Shown here: one piece after another, positions 52,487 through 60,505 of the stretch | Position numbering within the stretch: the first letter of the stretch is position 1 | Layout of the letters: every line of letters begins with the position of its first letter | IMG/VR virus record: IMGVR_UViG_3300027758_000008 | Coordinates: 9,524-73,523 of that record | DNA length: 64,000 nt | DNA from: a virus | Direction: 5' to 3' (one strand) | The notes under the pieces: model-generated | What the model saw: only the letters and a program-made list of their open reading frames with translations | Told to the model about the DNA's origin: nothing | The model's database searches: none | Translations under genes and position numbers: made by a program

Positions 52487-54316
52487 ATGCCATTGCGCGA
52501 CTACCAACAGGAATCTCTAGATAAAGCGATCGATTGGCTAAAAACGTCTTTTGAGCCTGGAGTTCTAGACCTAGCAACTGGAGCAGGGAAAAGCCATATA
52601 GTCGCGGCATTGGCAGAATGGGCAAGCAAAGCAAGCGGTAAAAAGGTGCTTTGCTTGGCCCCTTCCAAAGAGCTAATAGAGCAGAACAGAGAGAAGTTTT
52701 TAGCAACTGGAAATCCTGCCAGTATATTTAGTGGCAGTGCTGGTAGAAAATGTCTAAAACATAATGTTGTGTTTGCGACTGAAAAAACCGTGCTGAACGA
52801 AATAAACAAATTCTGTGGAAAGTTTGGGTTGATAATTATTGATGAATGCCACCGGATAACGCCGACAATTAAACAGATAATTTCACACATAAAAAAACAG
52901 AATAACAAGGTGCGCGTTTTAGGGTTAACAGCCACGCCTTACAGGTTAGGCACTGGCTACATTTACCAATACGGGGAGGACGGGGCGCCAGTTGCTGAAA
53001 GCGAAACGCGGGAGCCATATTTTAACAAGTTAATATTCCGAGTTCCTGCGCAACTTTTAATTGACAGAGGCTACCTGACGCAGCCGCACGCCGACCCTGA
53101 CGTTATTGACCATTACGATACGACGGCGTTAGAGCGAAATTCCACCGGAGCATTCACTGCAGCAAGCCAGGAAAAAGCATACGAAGGTAAGGGTCGGTTA
53201 ACATCTAAAATAGTTGCCGATATAGTTGAGAAATCTCGCTATAGAATGGGCGTGATTGTTTTCGTGTCGAGCGAAGCGCACGGGAAAGAAGTAATGGAGT
53301 CACTTCCAAAAGAAAACAGCCGCATGCTAACTGGAAAGGTTAGCAAAAAAGAGCGTGAGAGACATATTGCAGATTTCAAGGCGCAAAAGTTCAAATACTT
53401 CGTCAATATCCAGGTATTAACAACCGGATTTGACGCGCCGCATATCGACGTAGTGGCCTTACTAAGACGCACCGAGTCCGTAAGTCTACTGCAGCAAATG
53501 ATTGGCCGTGGATTGCGATTGCACGACCATAAAAAAGATTGCTTGGTTTTGGATTATGCAGAGAATATTGAAAATCATTGCCCAGATGGTGATTTGTTTA
53601 ACCCAGATATAAAAGTTTCCGGAGGAACAGGCGATGGCGAGCCTGCAGAGATAATCTGCCCAAGCTGCGGAACTGCAAATTTATTTAAGTTGCGCCCAAA
53701 TGATGAAGGGTTTGAATTTGACGAAAACGGGTATCTGATAGATCTTGAAGGTAATCGTATAATGACAGATGAAGACCAGCCTATGCCAGCACACTGGGGA
53801 CGCCGGTGCTTTGGTCAATCAATAATTAGAGGAATAAGCGACAGGTGCGAATACAGATGGTCGCACAAGTTGTGCGAAGATTGCGGCCATGAGAATGACA
53901 TAGCCGCTAGGGTTTGTGAGCAATGCAAAGGTGAATTGGTGGACCCAAATGAGAAGCTAAAAATTGAGTTCGCCAGGATAAAAAAAGACCCATACACCCC
54001 AACTATTGACCGTGTTTTGTCATGGAATGTTAGGCTAACAAAGAGCATGAAAGGCAATGAAGTTATACGAGTGACTTATGTCACTGAATGCCGTACGTTT
54101 GAAATGTTCTACAGCCTGAATATGCGTTATGAATGGGTTCCATTTTGCAGGGCCACACTGGGAAGAATTGTTGAATCTGAGCAAGATTACATCGAAGCGC
54201 ATTGGGCTGGTGAAGCGGTAATGCCAGAAAACATAAAAGCATATCGTGAAAATAAAAAATCACGATTTTACAGAATAGAGGGATATAACTATGAAGATAC
54301 CGAAGTGGCTGCCTAG
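52487..54316 (+). CDS. Superfamily 2 helicase (RadD/YejH-like) with Zn fingers
   Basis: LRDYQ, ATGAGKS, DECH, TATP, LTTGFD, QMIGRGLR. Confidence 0.9.
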   Translation: MPLRDYQQESLDKAIDWLKTSFEPGVLDLATGAGKSHIVAALAEWASKASGKKVLCLAPSKELIEQNREKFLATGNPASIFSGSAGRKCLKHNVVFATEKTVLNEINKFCGKFGLIIIDECHRITPTIKQIISHIKKQNNKVRVLGLTATPYRLGTGYIYQYGEDGAPVAESETREPYFNKLIFRVPAQLLIDRGYLTQPHADPDVIDHYDTTALERNSTGAFTAASQEKAYEGKGRLTSKIVADIVEKSRYRMGVIVFVSSEAHGKEVMESLPKENSRMLTGKVSKKERERHIADFKAQKFKYFVNIQVLTTGFDAPHIDVVALLRRTESVSLLQQMIGRGLRLHDHKKDCLVLDYAENIENHCPDGDLFNPDIKVSGGTGDGEPAEIICPSCGTANLFKLRPNDEGFEFDENGYLIDLEGNRIMTDEDQPMPAHWGRRCFGQSIIRGISDRCEYRWSHKLCEDCGHENDIAARVCEQCKGELVDPNEKLKIEFARIKKDPYTPTIDRVLSWNVRLTKSMKGNEVIRVTYVTECRTFEMFYSLNMRYEWVPFCRATLGRIVESEQDYIEAHWAGEAVMPENIKAYRENKKSRFYRIEGYNYEDTEVAA

Positions 54317-54716
54317 TTACGGCGACATGGAATTTAGGGGCAAATGCCCATTAGAAAGCGCTGAGCAGATAACGCTATTTAATATTATCAGAAAGCGTTA
54401 CCCACAAGCTATCCATCCGAGAAATGAAGGAAAGAGAACGCACAACCAAGTTAAGCGTCAAAAAGCGGAAGGTATGACGCCAGGCGCGAGCGATTTAATT
54501 ATACCTGCAGCGGTATGTTTCGTTGGTGAATTAAAGCGACAGGATCACACGCAAAGCGTTTGGCAAGATGGGCAAATAGAGTATTTAGAAAATGCAAAAA
54601 ATGACGGCGCATTCGTATGCGTGGCGTTTGGATATAAAGCAATGTTAGAGGCCATAAGAGAATGGGAAGAATTGAACAATCAAATCAAATTGATGATATC
54701 TTCGAAGGAAAGTTAG
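54291..54716 (+). CDS. VRR-NUC domain nuclease
   Basis: HPRNEG, GASDL, ELK. Confidence 0.8.
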   Translation: MKIPKWLPSYGDMEFRGKCPLESAEQITLFNIIRKRYPQAIHPRNEGKRTHNQVKRQKAEGMTPGASDLIIPAAVCFVGELKRQDHTQSVWQDGQIEYLENAKNDGAFVCVAFGYKAMLEAIREWEELNNQIKLMISSKES

Positions 54717-54925
54717 CTGTGCCAGATGCTGACCAAGAAGTTCAAACATGGTTTGAACTTACCGTTTATAACCTGGCTATGCAGATAGTGAAGGCGCCCA
54801 CAGAGAAAAGAAAAGAACTAGCAGAAATGGTAGATCCGCAATGGCGAGATGATGTTTTGCCATTAGCTAGGAAGTTAGTCGCCACTGGTCAAACCACCTT
54901 GGCGCGTAGAGATGGTATATTGTAG
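54662..54925 (+). CDS. Hypothetical protein
   Basis: ORF overlapping the box promoter. Confidence 0.55.
   Translation: MGRIEQSNQIDDIFEGKLAVPDADQEVQTWFELTVYNLAMQIVKAPTEKRKELAEMVDPQWRDDVLPLARKLVATGQTTLARRDGIL
54886..54921 (+). promoter_or_regulatory. FadR-like box (54886..54896) - 19 nt - TATATT
   Basis: Identical to 17831..17866. Confidence 0.75.
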
Positions 54926-54942
54926 GAAATGGAGGGGAAATT

Positions 54943-55125
54943 ATGACACAAGACGAATTTTTAAAGATGGGATGGGGCGCAAGCTCAAAATGCAAAGTTA
55001 TTGATAGCGGCGAGATTCTCGATGTTGTTAGCGTTAACTTTGGAGAGAGGTTAATAGGACTTGATAGGTATGACGACATTGATGACCTTGCTTGGTTTAG
55101 ATGCGAATCGGTGGAGGTTGTTTGA
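54943..55125 (+). CDS. Hypothetical protein
   Basis: Occupies the slot of the pentapeptide gene of A. Confidence 0.65.
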   Translation: MTQDEFLKMGWGASSKCKVIDSGEILDVVSVNFGERLIGLDRYDDIDDLAWFRCESVEVV

Positions 55126-55127
55126 TT

Positions 55128-55481
55128 ATGACAAAACAACAACTACTAGCGCTGTTGCGTGAGGCGTTCAATATGGGCTATGAATCAAGCAGCCGATATC
55201 ATTGCGACATTGCAGGAGATTTAATGAACGACCATGGTTTTATTGACTTGGTAGAACACACAAACCGCGTAGGTGATTTGGAGTTGCCTGTGCTTTCATC
55301 TGACACCCAATGCGAGCATGAATATGTCACTGGATATGACCATGGCACATGCAAAAAATGCGGATGGATATTCACTGACGGCGGATGGGGAATTGCTAAA
55401 CGAATGTGGTTTAAAAGCCTTGATGATGCAAAGTTCTATAAGCAGCATGGTCGACTACCACAACCACCGGAGGGAGTATGA
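55128..55481 (+). CDS. Hypothetical Zn-binding protein (homolog of 18593..18913)
   Basis: Shared ends, different middle. Confidence 0.7.
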   Translation: MTKQQLLALLREAFNMGYESSSRYHCDIAGDLMNDHGFIDLVEHTNRVGDLELPVLSSDTQCEHEYVTGYDHGTCKKCGWIFTDGGWGIAKRMWFKSLDDAKFYKQHGRLPQPPEGV

Positions 55482-55771
55482 GTGAGTTAAAGCCGTGCCC
55501 GTTTTGTGAGGGGAAAGCAAGATTTGAAAGGATTGGAAATGCAAGGCGTTCGACGGTTGTGGTTTGCGAGGATTGCGGCTGTAGGCATGAATCAGGGTTT
55601 GTCGGACATATGACATACGCTGGATGGAACAACCGCCCACACGAAAACAAACTCAAAGCCGATGCTGTGCGTGAGGCCATAGGTAGTGTGTCATACAAGG
55701 GTGATACTCAGTATGACGTTTTGCGCCAGCTTGAGGAATACGCCGACAAGCTTGAAAGGGGTGAGTTATGA
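55478..55771 (+). CDS. Lar-like restriction alleviation protein
   Basis: ELKPCPFC...CEDCG...WNNR. Confidence 0.7.
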   Translation: MSELKPCPFCEGKARFERIGNARRSTVVVCEDCGCRHESGFVGHMTYAGWNNRPHENKLKADAVREAIGSVSYKGDTQYDVLRQLEEYADKLERGEL

Positions 55772-56705
55772 AAATCATATCATCAAAAGTAGATTACCCG
55801 AACATGACCTGTGAAGAGATAGTTGCAAGTGGGATTTCTCTATCAGGTGATGCGCTGGAGTTGTTTATGCATAATGCAAAAGAAAGCGATGCTGACGAAT
55901 TGACAGAGTTAAAGGAATCTGTGCACGAGGCGTTATCAACCATTATGCTTGCCGTATCAGAATTGGAGGGCGAGCTATGACACGCGACTGGGTTAAAAAC
56001 CAACTTATCGCCATCGCCAAGACCAACGGAGCTACTCAGAATCAAGCTGAGAGCATCGCCAACCCATTAGCGACTAAGTGGGAGCATAGCCAAATAAAAG
56101 GCACTGACAAGCTTTTTAAAGAGGCTATCAAGCAAGCCAAGAAACTAAGTAAGGCAAAGAAATGACCAAAAACACAGGCAAAGCATCGTCGCCAGGATTA
56201 ATCGCCTTGCTTGAGCGTAATGGTGTAAGGCCACTAAGCGGAAGCACTGAAAACATAGCAATCGTCAAGACAAGTGAATTAGCGCTTTCTAAATTTAGCG
56301 GGCTTTGCGGTGATGGTAAGTTAAGCCTTGTGAATATAGGATGGATTAAAAATGAAATTAACTGATTTAATTGGTCAGCACGTCGAATCGGTAAGTTGGA
56401 ATGACTTGGACCTGCTGAGAAGTCACGAGCCGTTGATTTTCACTGACAGGAATTCAATTGACCTGATAGCGGAATGGGCTGAGCACAACAAAAGGAAATT
56501 TAAAGCTGTTGTCGGAAAGTATGGCTTTAAAAGATATGCAGTTTTCCTTGTAAAGAAAACAAAAAGAAAACACCCATGGCACGAGCCACAAAGGGTTAGT
56601 TGTGACTTTTTGGAGAATCAGCTATTTTCATATCAGGGTAAGGGTATTCTTACGGCCAGTGAGTTTACCGATAAAATGAAAGGCTTAACTGGTCAAACCA
56701 CATAA
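55768..56705 (+). other. Four coupled hypothetical genes (55768..55980, 55977..56165, 56162..56365, 56352..56705)
   Basis: Overlapping ORFs; the last ends KGLTGQTT like 19848..20117. Confidence 0.6.
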
Positions 56706-56725
56706 TCGAAAAATGGTGGTATAGT
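56690..56725 (+). promoter_or_regulatory. FadR-like box (56690..56700) - 19 nt - TATAGT
   Basis: Counterpart of 20102..20137. Confidence 0.75.
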
Positions 56726-56755
56726 TAAATTATCAACTAACGGAGAAGTGAAGAA

Positions 56756-57160
56756 ATGAAAAAAATAACAGCTTTAACATTTGCATTGTCGGCAATATTG
56801 CTTGCTGCTTGTGACGATGCAACGGTAGCATCAAGAAACCTGTCAAAAGCAGCGGATAATTTTGAGATTGCCAGAAGGGTTGTTTTTTACAACGGAATAA
56901 CGGGTGACTATATACTATCAGTGCAAGGGTTGTGCTCTGTGAGCGACTCAGGCAGAAGTGTTTCATTTACCTGCAAAACAGACGACGGAAAATATGTCAA
57001 GCACATGCTTGGTCTTTCTGATAATGTCACTTACTTCTCTGAGCAGCTTTCTTCTCATGAAGTTAGCGTTTATCAGTACCGTGTAACATTCAAGCCTGAC
57101 GCGATTATTCCTGACTTTAATTTGCGTAGCTCTTTAGTGCAGGATGGCAGCAATTACTAG
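56756..57160 (+). CDS. Phage lipoprotein
   Basis: Signal peptide with LAAC lipobox; SKAADNFE...RRVVFYNGIT motif. Confidence 0.8.
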   Translation: MKKITALTFALSAILLAACDDATVASRNLSKAADNFEIARRVVFYNGITGDYILSVQGLCSVSDSGRSVSFTCKTDDGKYVKHMLGLSDNVTYFSEQLSSHEVSVYQYRVTFKPDAIIPDFNLRSSLVQDGSNY

Positions 57161-57320
57161 GGAGTGCGATTCACTCCCGTAAGGAGTGTGTTTTTGGTGT
57201 GGCTTTCAAGGATGTAACGCGAGAAGCGCCCGAAAGTTTTGGCAAGTAGATTACGAAAGCTTTGACAATTAAGGTAATGAGCTCGGTCAGTGTGGTATCG
57301 AGAGCCACACACAAAAACAT
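57160..57320 (+). ncRNA. Candidate structured non-coding element
   Basis: Long stem 57189..57207 pairing with 57300..57319, plus a GGGAGTG/CACTCCC hairpin. Confidence 0.35.
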
Positions 57321-57361
57321 TTAACAACACCGCAGCAGTATCGCGGATAACGGAGATACTC

Positions 57362-57496
57362 ATGCGTAGAATTAACATAGAGACACCACTTGTACAAAAT
57401 GAAACGCCAAGCGCGTGTATTATTAGCGCTCTTATTGTGGGCATCATGGCTTCTGCTGTGGCCTTTGTTGCTTACATGGTAGGGTGTTTGCTTTAA
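57362..57496 (+). CDS. Small single-TM protein (homolog of 20186..20362)
   Basis: Same leader and MRRxNIE start. Confidence 0.6.
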   Translation: MRRINIETPLVQNETPSACIISALIVGIMASAVAFVAYMVGCLL

Positions 57497-57512
57497 CCAA
57501 CGGAGAAACAAA

Positions 57513-57932
57513 ATGAACGAAGAATTACAAAAGGCTTTAGCTGACGTTATAAACAAAGCTGCATCGGGGATTGATACTGCATCGGACTTTATCATGGCTG
57601 AATTGCCAGAAGTGGTGCAGCAGGCCATGACTTGGTACATGGTGGAGTCTCTGATTTATTTTGTGATTGGCGTCATCATGATTGCATCTTCATACAAGAT
57701 CATAAAATATCAACATTCACTTTTTTATGATGATGAGGGAAATCTTGCTAATTGGTGCAGTAGCTACTCATATACAAATGGCATAGGAGATTTGGCGATA
57801 TTGGGTATTGCTATTTTAGACATTGTTGCGTCAGTAGTGGCAGTATGCTTTGTTTTTAATATTACATGGCTAAAAATCATGATTGCGCCGAAGCTATGGC
57901 TAATCGAATACGCGGCTAAATTAGCCGGATAA
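57513..57932 (+). CDS. Two-TM membrane protein
   Basis: ELPEVVQQ...WLKIMIAPKLWLIEY motif. Confidence 0.7.
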   Translation: MNEELQKALADVINKAASGIDTASDFIMAELPEVVQQAMTWYMVESLIYFVIGVIMIASSYKIIKYQHSLFYDDEGNLANWCSSYSYTNGIGDLAILGIAILDIVASVVAVCFVFNITWLKIMIAPKLWLIEYAAKLAG

Positions 57933-57939
57933 TTTCAAC

Positions 57940-58020
57940 GCCACCGGCAGTCACGCATAATTTAACTGTTAGCGCAGTCGCGATGTGTGACTACCTCAAA
58001 CCGGTGGCACCATTTTTGGA
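57940..58020 (+). ncRNA. Candidate structured intergenic RNA element, copy B
   Basis: Conserved with 20370..20450, including a U-G to U-A compatible change. Confidence 0.5.
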
Positions 58021-58026
58021 GTGGAT

Positions 58027-58440
58027 ATGATTCACAACGTAGAAGACAAAACGAAAAAAGAACTTGTCGAGATAGTCAAGATTCAAATGGAAGAATATAA
58101 AAAGCTTCTAGATGTCAATATAGAGCTTGGTAAACGCCTAGCAGCAGTTGAGCGGGAACGGGATGAGTTAAAAGGTGCTTACATTCTGTTAGACGGATTA
58201 AAGCGGAGAATAAGAAGTGCTTTCGAGTATTGGCCTGATTTAGCTATGCACAAAGACCTATCAGTATTGCTCAATACGCGTCCTAGTCAGCAAGTGATAA
58301 ACAAATTCGCCATCGAGCAGCAGATTGAAGGAGCTAGATGTTATGCAAGAAGGCTTCATGATGTTGGCTTGGTTGGGGTTTGGGATGTATTTGATTCAGT
58401 GTGCGAGCAACTACGCCAAAAGATAAACGGGGGTGAGTGA
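58027..58440 (+). CDS. Hypothetical coiled-coil protein (homolog of 20457..21080)
   Basis: Shared N- and C-terminal blocks. Confidence 0.7.
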   Translation: MIHNVEDKTKKELVEIVKIQMEEYKKLLDVNIELGKRLAAVERERDELKGAYILLDGLKRRIRSAFEYWPDLAMHKDLSVLLNTRPSQQVINKFAIEQQIEGARCYARRLHDVGLVGVWDVFDSVCEQLRQKINGGE

Positions 58441-58546
58441 TGATTCTAACACGCTGGCTAAAAAGATGGACGCTGGAAGAGATAGCGCTAAAACACGGCG
58501 TTAAAGTTGAAACTGTCGTGGATTATTTGCGGGTTCGTAGTGGGGA

Positions 58547-58759
58547 GTGGGTGAAGTGAAGATAGAAGTAAAAGGCGGTGACATTGTAATGATTATGCTG
58601 TGTATTTTTGCAGCGCCAGAGTTGAGAGGCATGTTCTTAGATTACGGGTTTTGGGTTTCATCCGTAGTGCTAGTCGCAATGTTTTTAATTATCGGGCTTG
58701 CGCTTCTGTTTATTGACTTGCTGTCTTACTTGGCGGCAGAATTTATTAAAAGTAAATAG
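58547..58759 (+). CDS. Small membrane protein
   Basis: Hydrophobic ORF. Confidence 0.55.
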   Translation: MGEVKIEVKGGDIVMIMLCIFAAPELRGMFLDYGFWVSSVVLVAMFLIIGLALLFIDLLSYLAAEFIKSK

Positions 58760-58783
58760 CCGCCTTCGGGCGGTTTATTTTTT
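58758..58783. terminator. Terminator between convergent operons
   Basis: AGCCGCC-TTCG-GGCGGTT then a T-run. Confidence 0.8.
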
Positions 58784-59248
58784 ACTATCAATACCATTCT
58801 TTTTGTCATAGCTGCGCATACTCGCAACTCCAAGCAAAGCCATGACCAGCCCGATAATGTCAGATACGCCCAAATCAGGAAATGCGGGCACAATAAGATT
58901 AGACGCACCATCCCAAGCATTAAGCATAGTAATCGCCTGTACGGTCCATATGTAGGTCATAACAAGCGCCTTGGGCACGTACATTAGGAATAGCGACACA
59001 GCGCCAACCCATCCTATTGCAGGTCGCCACCACGCTTGAAACTTGCTTTTACTATTAGCGTCAATCTTGTTTATGTCAATCTGACCAACCAAAAGCTTAA
59101 CTTCAGCCTGCAACCTTTCCATATCGCCACTGTGAGCGATTGTGGCAAGCTCTAGTTTGCGCTTGTCGGCTTCATCAGCATCAGGCCAAATCTTGTCTAT
59201 AATTGTGCTGCCTGCGTCTAACAGGGCTGTAATTGGGTCGGCTGCCAT
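58775..59248 (-). CDS. Holin, 3TM/GTA-holin-like
   Basis: IIDKIWPD, INKIDA, WRPAIGWV, LLG...RSYDK. Confidence 0.75.
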   Translation of the reverse strand: MAADPITALLDAGSTIIDKIWPDADEADKRKLELATIAHSGDMERLQAEVKLLVGQIDINKIDANSKSKFQAWWRPAIGWVGAVSLFLMYVPKALVMTYIWTVQAITMLNAWDGASNLIVPAFPDLGVSDIIGLVMALLGVASMRSYDKKNGIDSKK

Positions 59249-59640
59249 TAGCTTGCAATCTCCAAAACAAATGAATCCTCACCATACCACTGTAAGAGTA
59301 ATTCGCAAGCTTTCGTCGAATCCACCGCGACTGGCTCGCTTGTCATTGGGCCGCCTTTTATGTCGAGGCATGGCGCGATACATCCTTGCAAATGGCGTAG
59401 TAGTGATGCGGGGTGAATCTCAATATGTGTACGCGGGTCAGTTTCTTCGTTGCGGAATTTATACCAGCGATGTTTGCCGGTGTGGTCTCGGTCAACGATG
59501 TATTGACCTTCTGGAATGCATGATTTGCCGATTTCGTTATTTCGCCAGGGTAGCTCTAATGTGTAGATTAATTGGCCGTCTGGTAGATACCATTCGCCGG
59601 CCGTGTAGTGTTTGTGGTAGTTACGAGTTATTTTCGCCAT
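59248..59640 (-). CDS. DUF5675-like candidate endolysin, copy B
   Basis: Near-identical to 21644..22036. Confidence 0.65.
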   Translation of the reverse strand: MAKITRNYHKHYTAGEWYLPDGQLIYTLELPWRNNEIGKSCIPEGQYIVDRDHTGKHRWYKFRNEETDPRTHIEIHPASLLRHLQGCIAPCLDIKGGPMTSEPVAVDSTKACELLLQWYGEDSFVLEIAS

Positions 59641-59935
59641 TGCGCTTAGATTCCTGAGCTTTTAGCTTGTACTCTAAACGTCTATAGTACACATCGCAAG
59701 CATTCTTAACAGCAAGCGAAATAACACCGATTAGCGGTGCCCATGCTAACCAGTCTGGTGCGTATTTAGCGCACTGTTGCGCGACTTCACCACCAACAAC
59801 TTTAACCGCTGTATTAGCTGTGCCTATACCAATACCGCCAACGCCTGCATAGGTGATAGCTTTGCTTACAGTCGCATTACCATAGTCACTAATCGCCCTC
59901 GTTATCGTCCCTATAATCTCGCTTAAGTTGCTCAT
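59621..59935 (-). CDS. Membrane protein (holin-like)
   Basis: Two hydrophobic stretches and a basic tail. Confidence 0.55.
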   Translation of the reverse strand: MSNLSEIIGTITRAISDYGNATVSKAITYAGVGGIGIGTANTAVKVVGGEVAQQCAKYAPDWLAWAPLIGVISLAVKNACDVYYRRLEYKLKAQESKRNGENNS

Positions 59936-60396
59936 GGTTTTGCGCTCTCTTTCGTATGTGACTGATTGTGCCATAAATTGACCACCCTAACAGGATTAAA
60001 GACAGCATTTCGATAAGATCCCTTACTGTCATTATAACCCCTCTCAAGGCATGCAAGTATTAGCAAAAAGTTTAACGCATTATTGAGCAAAAAGTAAGAT
60101 GATGAAAGCATTGTGGCTTTTTCATACAGAAAATAATCAATACCAACAAAAAGATGAAATGCAGCGTAAATACATAGTGCCGTAGCAAGCGGTTTTCTCG
60201 CATAGAATGCAGGAAAAATAAACGCCATGCCTAGAATAAAATGGTTTATGACTGCTGTGTGTGAGTCGAATAGCGGTGAGCCGTATGAGTAGTAAAATGT
60301 GAAAGCAAAAGGAATTGAAAGACAGTAAAGGTTAGCGGTACGCAGAAAAACTGCAATACCGCATACAATCAACAACTGAATTAAATCAGTTATCAT
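59932..60396 (-). CDS. Multi-TM membrane protein
   Basis: Positional equivalent of 22388..22762. Confidence 0.6.
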   Translation of the reverse strand: MITDLIQLLIVCGIAVFLRTANLYCLSIPFAFTFYYSYGSPLFDSHTAVINHFILGMAFIFPAFYARKPLATALCIYAAFHLFVGIDYFLYEKATMLSSSYFLLNNALNFLLILACLERGYNDSKGSYRNAVFNPVRVVNLWHNQSHTKESAKP

Positions 60397-60449
60397 TTCT
60401 TTTTGGTGCCGCCGGTGCGGGTCTTGCCTTTAGTTTTATTGCCAGCCAT
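60393..60449 (-). CDS. Basic micropeptide, 18 aa
   Basis: MAGNKTKGKTRTGGTKKK; GAGGA RBS; ATGA overlap. Confidence 0.5.
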   Translation of the reverse strand: MAGNKTKGKTRTGGTKKK

Positions 60450-60505
60450 AACCTAATCCTCAAAATTAAACCAGCCTACATACTAGCAAGCGGGGTTTGG
60501 TTTGT

